From the NCBI GenBank assembly GCA_964635045.1, contig CAZWMJ010000005.1, positions 1 through 52,553 on the forward strand: a stretch of 52,553 nt of DNA, read 5' to 3'. The position numbers were made by a program, and so were the translations under genes. Source of the DNA: an uncultured Gammaproteobacteria bacterium (lineage in GTDB: Bacteria > Patescibacteriota > Microgenomatia > Levybacterales > UBA12049). A model generated the notes under the pieces. It worked only from the letters and a program-made list of their open reading frames with translations, made no database searches and was not told the DNA's origin. Of the stretch, positions 33,951 through 42,279 are shown piece after piece; within the stretch, counting starts at the first letter, position 1, and each line of letters starts with the position of its first letter.

Positions 33951-34912
33951 GTAAAGCGAAGGTGGATAAAAAAATTGTCTGTTTGGGCGGAGGTGTGGGA
34001 ACAGTCAATCTGATTAAAGGACTCAAAGAATATACACAGAGTATTACGGTGGTGGTGTCGATGGCCGATGATGGCGGTTCGGCCGGAAGACTTCGCAGGT
34101 TTTACCGCATACCCCCTCCCGGAGACATTATCAACTCTATCGCGGCAATGAGTAATGCGGAAGCGATACTTAAACAACTGTTGTTATATCGGTTTGCCGG
34201 CGATCGCTACGGCGCGGATTATTCTTTACCCGGTCACAAATTGGGCAACCTTATTTTCACCGCTCTAATTTCCATTACCGGAGATTTTAATAAAGCGCTT
34301 GAACAAATGCATGTAATTTTTAAAACCGTTGGCCGTATTCTGCCATCCACTGTGGAAAGCATATCCATTTGGGCGAAAACTTCGGTTGGAGAAAGAGTAG
34401 ATCGGGAAGAAAACATTGACCTTGGAAGATTCACCGGTAAAATTGAAAGGGTGTATCTGACACCATCAAAACCATCTACATCGAAGGAGGTTATTAGCTC
34501 AATTAACAATGCGGATGTGATTATTGCCGGGCCGGGAGATTTATATACCACTACCTTGCCTGTGCTTTTAGTTCCGGAAATTATTACCGCGATTAAAAAT
34601 GCCAAGGCTCGCAAATTATTTGTGGTAAACGTGGCTAATAAAAGTTTTGAAACGCCTAACTATTCCATAACCGATTATGTCAATGCCATAATTAAACATT
34701 GTAAAACTAAAGTTTTTGACACATTTTTAGTTAACAATAATTTTAAATCTGCAATTCCGGCAATCTACCGCCAGCAATATGAATACGTCACTAACATTGC
34801 CGATACTGGGAAAAATAATTTTGAGGTAATTACGGCCGACTTGGTAAATCAAAATTTTCCAATCTATCATGACTCAAAAAAACTTGCAAGAGTAATCTGG
34901 GAACGTATATAA
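33947..34912 (+). CDS. yvcK: YvcK/GlmR family protein
   Basis: GGGVG, DDGGSAGRLR, PPGD, GHKLGNL and GPGDLYT motifs. Confidence 0.9.
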   Translation: MSKAKVDKKIVCLGGGVGTVNLIKGLKEYTQSITVVVSMADDGGSAGRLRRFYRIPPPGDIINSIAAMSNAEAILKQLLLYRFAGDRYGADYSLPGHKLGNLIFTALISITGDFNKALEQMHVIFKTVGRILPSTVESISIWAKTSVGERVDREENIDLGRFTGKIERVYLTPSKPSTSKEVISSINNADVIIAGPGDLYTTTLPVLLVPEIITAIKNAKARKLFVVNVANKSFETPNYSITDYVNAIIKHCKTKVFDTFLVNNNFKSAIPAIYRQQYEYVTNIADTGKNNFEVITADLVNQNFPIYHDSKKLARVIWERI

Positions 34913-34920
34913 TAAAATTT

Positions 34921-35133
34921 ATGATTATTACATTATTGCAAATAATTGTTGCTTTGCTTTTGATAGGTGTCGTGCTCCTTCAGGTGCAGGGCAGCGGCAT
35001 CTCTTCTACTTTTGGCGGATCCGGTGAATTTTACAGAAGTAAAAGAAGTATAGAAAGAATGTTAATTTGGTTCACAATCGTGTTGACAATTCTTTTTGCC
35101 GTCTTATCAATCGCCGCGCTTATTTATTATTAA
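34921..35133 (+). CDS. secG: preprotein translocase subunit SecG
   Basis: VLLQVQGSGISSTFGG; two TM segments. Confidence 0.88.
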   Translation: MIITLLQIIVALLLIGVVLLQVQGSGISSTFGGSGEFYRSKRSIERMLIWFTIVLTILFAVLSIAALIYY

Positions 35134-35148
35134 AATAAGATCTCTCTT

Positions 35149-36507
35149 ATGTTAGTTTTTCGAAAGCGTCTAATCTATTGGTTGATAAAAGAATATATTA
35201 AAAAATCCGGTAGAACATTTTTATTCTTTTTCGCAATTGGTCTGATATTTTTTTTTATAATTTCACGCGTGTTGACGTTGGGTATATTCAATATAATACC
35301 AATCAATAGCGAATCTATAGGTATTGTCGGATCATATACGCTGGAGAAGCTGCCTTCAGAAATACTTGACCAGTTATCGATTGGTCTAACATCGGTATCG
35401 GCGGATGGCAGAATATTACCTGCTATTTCTGAAAAATGGAGAGTAGAAAACGACGGCAAAAAATACGTTTTCGAACTCAAAAAAAATCTTTATTTTACCG
35501 ATGGTAGTAAGCTTACCTCAAATGATATTAATTATAATTTTTCAAAAGTGACTGTCAAGAAAATTGATCGCCACAAGATTAGTTTTGAATTGAAAGAACC
35601 ATATAGTCCATTTTTGGTCAGCGCTTCCCGTCCGGTATTTAAAAAAGGCTTAGTGGGTGCGGGAAGCTATAAATTAAAAAAAATAAAGTTTAATGGCAGC
35701 TTCGTGGAATCATTAACGTTGGTTTCCGTCAAAAACAGCTTCAATACCAAAAAATATTTTTTTTACCCAACCGCCAAAGCATTGAAAACCGCTTATATGC
35801 TTGGCGAAGTGTCTAGAGCCGCAGGGCTTCTGGACACAACATATCGAAATGTTAACCTTGCTGAGTTTACCAACACTTCTGTGAATCGTCAAATTGATTC
35901 TTCACAAATAGTTTTGCTGTTTTACAACACCCGCGATCCAATTCTTTCAGAAAGAGAGGTTAGAAACGCTCTTTCTTACGTCCAGCCGGACAATTTCCCG
36001 GAAGGCAAGCGGGCATACACGCCAATTTCACCGCTGTCCTGGGCTTATGCTTCACAGTATGCAAATAATCAGGATTTGGAGTACGCTCAGACTCTCCTTT
36101 CTTCGTCTAATGCGGTCAAAAACAGCAAAAACGATTTAACTCTTGAGATAAAAACATTTGCCGAATATAAGCAGGTAGCGGAAAATATTGCAAAATCCCT
36201 GACCAAAGTTGGTGTAAAAAGCAAAATCGTGATTGTGGACTCCATACCGGCAAACTACCAAATATTTATAGGTAATTTTTTAGTACCTAAAGACCCCGAT
36301 CAATATATGCTTTGGCATTCGGGACAGGAAAATAACATTACCAGATACGAAAATAAAAGAATTGATAAATTGTTGGAGGACGGCAGAAAGACCGTTGATA
36401 TTAACGAACGTAGGAAGATTTACGCGGACTTTCAAAAATATCTTCTGGCCGATTCTCCGGCCTCATTTCTCTATTTTCCCTACAAATACGATATTACAAG
36501 AAAATAG
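35149..36507 (+). CDS. ABC transporter substrate-binding protein, family 5
   Basis: FTDGSKLTSND, FELKEPYSPF, DPDQYMLWHS and IDKLLEDGR motifs. Confidence 0.85.
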   Translation: MLVFRKRLIYWLIKEYIKKSGRTFLFFFAIGLIFFFIISRVLTLGIFNIIPINSESIGIVGSYTLEKLPSEILDQLSIGLTSVSADGRILPAISEKWRVENDGKKYVFELKKNLYFTDGSKLTSNDINYNFSKVTVKKIDRHKISFELKEPYSPFLVSASRPVFKKGLVGAGSYKLKKIKFNGSFVESLTLVSVKNSFNTKKYFFYPTAKALKTAYMLGEVSRAAGLLDTTYRNVNLAEFTNTSVNRQIDSSQIVLLFYNTRDPILSEREVRNALSYVQPDNFPEGKRAYTPISPLSWAYASQYANNQDLEYAQTLLSSSNAVKNSKNDLTLEIKTFAEYKQVAENIAKSLTKVGVKSKIVIVDSIPANYQIFIGNFLVPKDPDQYMLWHSGQENNITRYENKRIDKLLEDGRKTVDINERRKIYADFQKYLLADSPASFLYFPYKYDITRK

Positions 36508-37792
36508 CCTGCCGGCGAAGTTTTCGGTGGTGGGCAAGGGCAAAACGGTGAGCTTCATCTCGAAGCCGCTGGAGTAATTTAAGCGCGCGGCTGTTTCTTG
36601 GCAAGCGAATTATGGTAGCACCCTTAAAATGTCCTTTTGGAATAACAATTTCTTCTTCACGCTTCGCCAAACCGATAACAGGAATTTTTAAATCAGTTTC
36701 TTTAACGACGGTTTTTGCGGCATTGACTTGATTTACTCCCCCATCAACAATAATAAGGTTAGGTATGACCCATTCGCGATGTTTTAGTCTTCTTCGCAAA
36801 ACCTCCATGAGCATCGATACATCATCGGGCGTATGCTTTAACCTGATTTTAAACAAACGATACTGACTTTTGTCAATGACGCCCTTTGCGGCAACCACCA
36901 TGGAGCCGGTGGCTTGTTTCCCCTGAATGTTGGAGATATCATAGCATTCGATTCTGGAAAGATTATAAACTTTTACGCCGTAATTTTTTAGCGCATTTTT
37001 TAGCTCGTTGATATCTAATGCGGATTCATCACTTAGCAAGTTTGGATTTTGAGCGTATTCTATTGGGTCTCTGATAGACGCTGTTACAACATTGATTGTA
37101 TCAATCTGTTTTTTAATTAGTTTTGCTTCTTCAAAGTTTTCATTTTTTGCCGCTGTTTTCATTTTGTCAAACAAAAGTTTCAAAATATATTCTTTTTTGC
37201 CTTCAAGAAATGCAATAATCATTTTTATTGTTTGTCTGTATTTTCGCCGTAAAACTTCCGAGTTAAACGCAGGTAGGCAGGGACAAAGATTGAGATAATG
37301 ATATAAACATGGTTTTTTCCCATGATTTTTAACTGACTGGTACGGAAAAATCCTGCGGATCATTTTGAGAATTTTTCGAACGTCTCCAATATTTGGATAC
37401 GGCCCAAAATAAACCGCCTTTGGATCATCAATTTTTCTAACTTGCAGGACAGCGGGAAACATGTCTTTTACGGTAATTTTGATAAACGGATAGGCCTTGC
37501 CGTCCGTCCAACGAACATTATATGAAGGATTGTATTTTTTAATAAGATTCGCTTCAAGCAGTAAAGCTTCCAGTTCAGACTCTACCAGAATGTGAGAGAT
37601 TTTATAAATTCTTGAAACCAGACTGGCGGTTTTTGGGGGCAGACTTTCAATAGCTCCGAAATAACTCGCAACTCGCAGTTTTAGATTTTTTGCCTTGCCG
37701 ACGTAAAGTACATTACTCTTTTCGTCTAAAAAAAGATATACGCCGAAGTCTTCCGGCAATGACCGATAAGATGAGTACAAAAATCGACGCAC
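36494..37792 (-). CDS. uvrC: excinuclease ABC subunit C, lacking the C-terminal HhH domain
   Basis: LYVGKAKNL, IECYDISNIQG, DGGVNQ and RDEAHRFA motifs; GTG 37792 has AGGAGG 8 nt upstream (ORF track starts at 37801). Confidence 0.93.
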   Translation of the reverse strand: MRRFLYSSYRSLPEDFGVYLFLDEKSNVLYVGKAKNLKLRVASYFGAIESLPPKTASLVSRIYKISHILVESELEALLLEANLIKKYNPSYNVRWTDGKAYPFIKITVKDMFPAVLQVRKIDDPKAVYFGPYPNIGDVRKILKMIRRIFPYQSVKNHGKKPCLYHYLNLCPCLPAFNSEVLRRKYRQTIKMIIAFLEGKKEYILKLLFDKMKTAAKNENFEEAKLIKKQIDTINVVTASIRDPIEYAQNPNLLSDESALDINELKNALKNYGVKVYNLSRIECYDISNIQGKQATGSMVVAAKGVIDKSQYRLFKIRLKHTPDDVSMLMEVLRRRLKHREWVIPNLIIVDGGVNQVNAAKTVVKETDLKIPVIGLAKREEEIVIPKGHFKGATIIRLPRNSRALKLLQRLRDEAHRFALAHHRKLRRQAIFL

Positions 37793-39563
37793 CGATAACA
37801 CCTCCTAAAATTGTCCATTTTGTCACAAAAATGGGTGATATTTCTATCTTGTTTTGAATATTAGTTTGACCGGAGAGTATTGTAATAGTATCTTGTTCAT
37901 TTGTCAAAAACGGCGTTTTTTCAAAGGAAAAAGATCTGTCAATATATCCGAACGGAGGTATATTGCCAAAGGCAATTTTTTGAGTTTTCGGCTTAAGTTT
38001 AGTTGACCGAATCGTAACAGTTTGGGCTCCGACAACTCTTCCCCCGCGATTATATATTCGAAGTGACCCGCCAACCGGCAGACCCGATAGTTGTTTTGGC
38101 GACACCTCGCTGGTAAATAACACGTTCTCATTATATTGAGTTTCCTGTGTAGTGAAATATACCGACACATCTTTGACATTTTCAAATCCGGGAATTTTAT
38201 AACCTCCCGCCGGAGGGGGATAACTGCTGTTGTATCCCTTAACCACAAAAGCGATATGATCGAAATCCATCACATTGAAATAGTCAACCCCTCCGGTGGT
38301 ATTTCCCCAAGTCGGATCTACCATTACCCAAGTCATAAGCTCCCTGTCGTAATACTCGGGCCATGCATGAAGAACGTCCTTCACCAGCGATAGAGGTCTT
38401 TCTCTGGAATTATCCGTGTAGGCAAAACCATCCACTTCCCGAGCAGGAATTCCGGCGGCCCGGGCAAGAGCCACGAAAAGATCTGTAAATTCCAGGCATA
38501 CCGCGGAAGCCGGATTATTTAAAACATTGACGGCACCTAAACGCGGTTTGCTGTTTGTAACTCTTGAATAGTCATAGGTTAAATTCTTCACCAAATATTG
38601 GTAGATGGCGGCCGGGGTTTTTAGCGAATTGGCAAGCTTTTTAATCTCATCATTTTGTGTCTGCCAGTAAGGTTTTTCTATTAAGTAGGGAGAAAGATCC
38701 GTTTCCGATAAAATTTCTTTTTTGGGGTAAAGCGACAATTCAACCTTACCTTTTACCACAACATCTTTTTTTTCAGAAGGAGAAAGAGAATACTTCGCCA
38801 GCCAATTTCCGTCCCCGTCTTCAACCACGTTTACAGGCGCGGGCGTTATATCTTCTATAAAAACATCCTGGTAATTGGTGGCGGGAGGCAGGGCAATCTC
38901 GGTTTTAACCGGAAATAAATTATTATTTTTCAGATGGTAGGAAAGTGTGAAACCATATATTTGTTTTTCTCCGTAAGCGATGGAAATTCCCGATTTTTTC
39001 AATTGATCTTTGGTAAAATCCAAAGTGTTATTTTGGTAACTTAAGACTTTAAAAAAGTCAGGTTTTACGTAGGAGGGCTTGCCAAAAGTCTGAGGAGTTT
39101 TAACGTGCACCGTAAAGTTTGAGAAATCGCTTTGATTTGAAAGCCCGGGAATATTTATCTCCCAAATACTGCCTTGTTTTTTAGCAACGTCATCGGTATC
39201 AAATTGCAGATTAAAATTAAGAATTGCCCCCTCCCCCACCACCCGCTTGTTAAACGACAGCTCAATATTGTTTCCCTCACTGGTTTTCGTGACAACCGGA
39301 TTGATTAGGCCGTCTGGATCGTTTGCGCGAATGTTTTTTATATCGCTGAATCCCAACTGTATTTTGTAGGATGAGGCATAGGAATTAGCGGACTTATTAG
39401 TCAAATTAACATTGAGATTGACATTGGTTACGCCGTTTATATTGATGGTGTAAATTACATCGGCGGAAATTGTAAAGTTTTCCGACGCCTGAATATGTTT
39501 AGAGAAAACAGAAAAAAACAAAAACACGATTGCGCCAATCAGAAAAATTTTCTTCATCCTCAA
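37713..39563 (-). CDS. secreted or membrane-anchored transglutaminase-like protein
   Basis: AVCLEFTDLF, HAWPE and VDPTW triad motifs; signal peptide and C-terminal TM. Confidence 0.88.
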   Translation of the reverse strand: MRMKKIFLIGAIVFLFFSVFSKHIQASENFTISADVIYTININGVTNVNLNVNLTNKSANSYASSYKIQLGFSDIKNIRANDPDGLINPVVTKTSEGNNIELSFNKRVVGEGAILNFNLQFDTDDVAKKQGSIWEINIPGLSNQSDFSNFTVHVKTPQTFGKPSYVKPDFFKVLSYQNNTLDFTKDQLKKSGISIAYGEKQIYGFTLSYHLKNNNLFPVKTEIALPPATNYQDVFIEDITPAPVNVVEDGDGNWLAKYSLSPSEKKDVVVKGKVELSLYPKKEILSETDLSPYLIEKPYWQTQNDEIKKLANSLKTPAAIYQYLVKNLTYDYSRVTNSKPRLGAVNVLNNPASAVCLEFTDLFVALARAAGIPAREVDGFAYTDNSRERPLSLVKDVLHAWPEYYDRELMTWVMVDPTWGNTTGGVDYFNVMDFDHIAFVVKGYNSSYPPPAGGYKIPGFENVKDVSVYFTTQETQYNENVLFTSEVSPKQLSGLPVGGSLRIYNRGGRVVGAQTVTIRSTKLKPKTQKIAFGNIPPFGYIDRSFSFEKTPFLTNEQDTITILSGQTNIQNKIEISPIFVTKWTILGGVIGASIFVLILSVIAGRLRRISFFRRKE

Positions 39564-39653
39564 TCTATTGTACTACAAAAAATATCGTAATTAATACAGG
39601 TTTTGTAACCTTTAAGGTTGTAAATAAATTCTCATTATGTTATAAAGTGATTT

Positions 39654-40640
39654 ATGAGTGCGGAGAGGGCAAAACATATTGAACTTGAAGGATTTAATGC
39701 AATTTTGCCAGAAAGCGTGATAAAACTTCCAAACGGAACTTTTTGGTTAGAGTTAAAAACTAAATCTGGATCCGTTGAGGGAGTACTGCATTTACCCCCT
39801 CAACCTAATGGTTCAATTTTACTTTTTGAACCAGACTTTCCCGGTGATGCGTCGACTAGATTAGAGCAACTTTGGGCAACAAATTTGGTTGAAAATGGCT
39901 ACACAATATTTGCTGCAAGACACAACGGAACTATTATAAATGGACAGCATTCCGACATTTACTTGAACTGTCCTGAAAGACAAGTGCAGGCAAAAGCAAA
40001 GGATCAGGAAATTCTTGGAGAAAAAGATAGTCCAACAATGGCGGATTGGCTTAAAGAACCACTTGTTATGATGGAGGCGTTTGCCCCATTCTATCAAGAA
40101 GTTGTTCTGGCGGGTCATTCGTTTGGCGCTCTCGCAACTCTTTTTTCGTTAATAGATTTTTCGAAACAAAATCCGGAATTAACTAGTCATATCAGAAGAT
40201 TTGTATCTCTTGCCGGGGCAGTTGGTAGATTTATAGGTGATGGCGAAGGTCCGATGAAAGGATGGCATATGTATGTAGATACGGATGCTGTTCGTGCAAA
40301 AGTCAAAATAGGAAGTAAAGACGAAAATCTGGAAGCGCTTAGGGATGCGTATATAAAAATTCACGAACAAGCTTCTTTCTTTCCAGTAGATATGGATTTT
40401 CTATTTGTAGTTCCATGGGGAAATGAAGAGGGAACGATGGATGAATTAGTCCCCCCCGAAGAAGCGCTAGATATGATTTCTTCCTTAGGTAGAGGGCATT
40501 TAATTCTTGATCAGGGAGAACAATCGGATGTACATAGCGGGAGGCTTGTTCACGACATGCATAATCTTAGGCCTGATAGCTTGGTTCAGCTTCTCAACAA
40601 AAATTGGCTTCCCCCAGATGAATTTTCCATCTTACCCTAA
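39654..40640 (+). CDS. alpha/beta-hydrolase-fold protein
   Basis: AGHSFGA nucleophile elbow; DELVP and VHDM candidate acid and His. Confidence 0.65.
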   Translation: MSAERAKHIELEGFNAILPESVIKLPNGTFWLELKTKSGSVEGVLHLPPQPNGSILLFEPDFPGDASTRLEQLWATNLVENGYTIFAARHNGTIINGQHSDIYLNCPERQVQAKAKDQEILGEKDSPTMADWLKEPLVMMEAFAPFYQEVVLAGHSFGALATLFSLIDFSKQNPELTSHIRRFVSLAGAVGRFIGDGEGPMKGWHMYVDTDAVRAKVKIGSKDENLEALRDAYIKIHEQASFFPVDMDFLFVVPWGNEEGTMDELVPPEEALDMISSLGRGHLILDQGEQSDVHSGRLVHDMHNLRPDSLVQLLNKNWLPPDEFSILP

Positions 40641-40658
40641 GGAATTTCCGATACCTCA

Positions 40659-42206
40659 TTATACTTTCCAATCATCTATTCTGCTAAAAATAGGATCGGA
40701 ATCTGTAATTTTGGGTGGGTAAAGCGTATATAAGCCGGTTTCTGGGTCTTTCTCGCCTGTGAATCCAAATCTCCTATAAAAATCTAATACGTTGCATTCA
40801 TCAATTGTCAAAACTGGTTTTTGTCTTTCAATAAGTTGATCTACAACCTTTTTTCCCACTCCAGATCCTCTTGATTCTTGACTAAGATAGATTACTCTTT
40901 TGTTTTCATACTCTGCAAATACGCCAATTATTCTGCTATCCAAAAATATTGGTTTTAAAACCATCTCACTCAACGTATCTTCCTTATGTATATCAACTAA
41001 ATGTTGTGTAAATTCTTCTAAGTTTTTTTCCCATTCCAGCCGTAATCTTTCAACCCCGTCTTCAGGTAAACCAATTAAATATCCGTGATGCAATAATTCA
41101 ATAGAAAATTCATTCCTGTTTGGATCTGCACCAATTTGCTTGATAATCTCATCCACTTCTTCTTTGGAGCCGCAAGGTTGAGGAAATGAAGTTACGTTGG
41201 ATGATTTACCCCATTGCGAGTGAAAATGAAGCAGATATTTAATGTTTGGAAAATAGCGGTACAAAGAATCACTAACAGCAGTATCTATTGATGATTTTGT
41301 TCCTCCTTTAAAAAAGACGTTTCTGTTTTCATGGTCAACTAAAGCAATCGCCGATTCGTCAACAGTCGTTTTACTTTTGTCTACTTGTCTTGGAGTAACA
41401 ACTATAAATTCACCGTACCTCATTGAGATATTTCCAGAGGTGTCGAAAAGAAGCTTGGTATTTTGGGCAAATTGAAGCAATCTAGAAAACTTTTCTTTTT
41501 CTTTCATGGGAACATCGGGAAGATCTGATACTTGCTCCGTGTGATACCAGCTTACCCTTGATCTTTTTTTGACGAACTCCACAAGTTTTCTTGATACATC
41601 TTCTCTGCTTCCGACAAGATTAATAGTACCACCTTCAGCAGTGACAAGGATAACCGGATGCATTCCATCGTGAAGATCCACGGAATCGTTTGCAACAGTT
41701 AGATTTAAATGGGCACTTGCATTTTGCTCTATCGCAGCAGCTATTAGTTCTTGTCTCGTTACTCCGGACAATAATTTAAAGCCTACAATAAATACAGGAT
41801 TTCCATATGTTTCTCTTAATAATGGAAGAATTTTGGGTGTTGGTTCTAATTCAATCGTTAAACCTTCTTGTGATGAACTTATTTTTCCATCTACCACCAC
41901 TCTGGGTCTATAATCGGCAACCGCAGCTGCATGAATGATTATATCTGGTCTCTCTTTACATAAAAGCATACCTTGAAGACTTTGTGCGGTTGTAAAAAAT
42001 TCGTGATTAACCTCTGGAATTGTACGGCCAAACAGTGCCGGTACATCTTTATGGCATTGTACGGTAACATCATAACCACTATCAACTAAAGCCTGTGCTA
42101 TCCAATAACCAAATCTTCCGGTGGAAAAATTCGTGATAGCTCTAACCCTGTCAATTGGTTCTTTAGTCCCGCCAGTAGTTACTATTGCACTTTCCAGACT
42201 TCTCAT
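40659..42206 (-). CDS. CoaB-like ligase, class II aldolase-like and GNAT triple fusion
   Basis: TTGGTKEPIDRVRAITNFSTGRFG, HAAAVADYRP and VGFKL; TSGNISMR, LLHFH and HHG; RGSGVGK and FYRRFGF. Confidence 0.8.
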   Translation of the reverse strand: MRSLESAIVTTGGTKEPIDRVRAITNFSTGRFGYWIAQALVDSGYDVTVQCHKDVPALFGRTIPEVNHEFFTTAQSLQGMLLCKERPDIIIHAAAVADYRPRVVVDGKISSSQEGLTIELEPTPKILPLLRETYGNPVFIVGFKLLSGVTRQELIAAAIEQNASAHLNLTVANDSVDLHDGMHPVILVTAEGGTINLVGSREDVSRKLVEFVKKRSRVSWYHTEQVSDLPDVPMKEKEKFSRLLQFAQNTKLLFDTSGNISMRYGEFIVVTPRQVDKSKTTVDESAIALVDHENRNVFFKGGTKSSIDTAVSDSLYRYFPNIKYLLHFHSQWGKSSNVTSFPQPCGSKEEVDEIIKQIGADPNRNEFSIELLHHGYLIGLPEDGVERLRLEWEKNLEEFTQHLVDIHKEDTLSEMVLKPIFLDSRIIGVFAEYENKRVIYLSQESRGSGVGKKVVDQLIERQKPVLTIDECNVLDFYRRFGFTGEKDPETGLYTLYPPKITDSDPIFSRIDDWKV

Positions 42207-42279
42207 AAATCAAGTGAATTTTAGCACTTGATAAATCAAATAGCAATAAATTGAGATGTAAAACTATATATGTTAGAAA

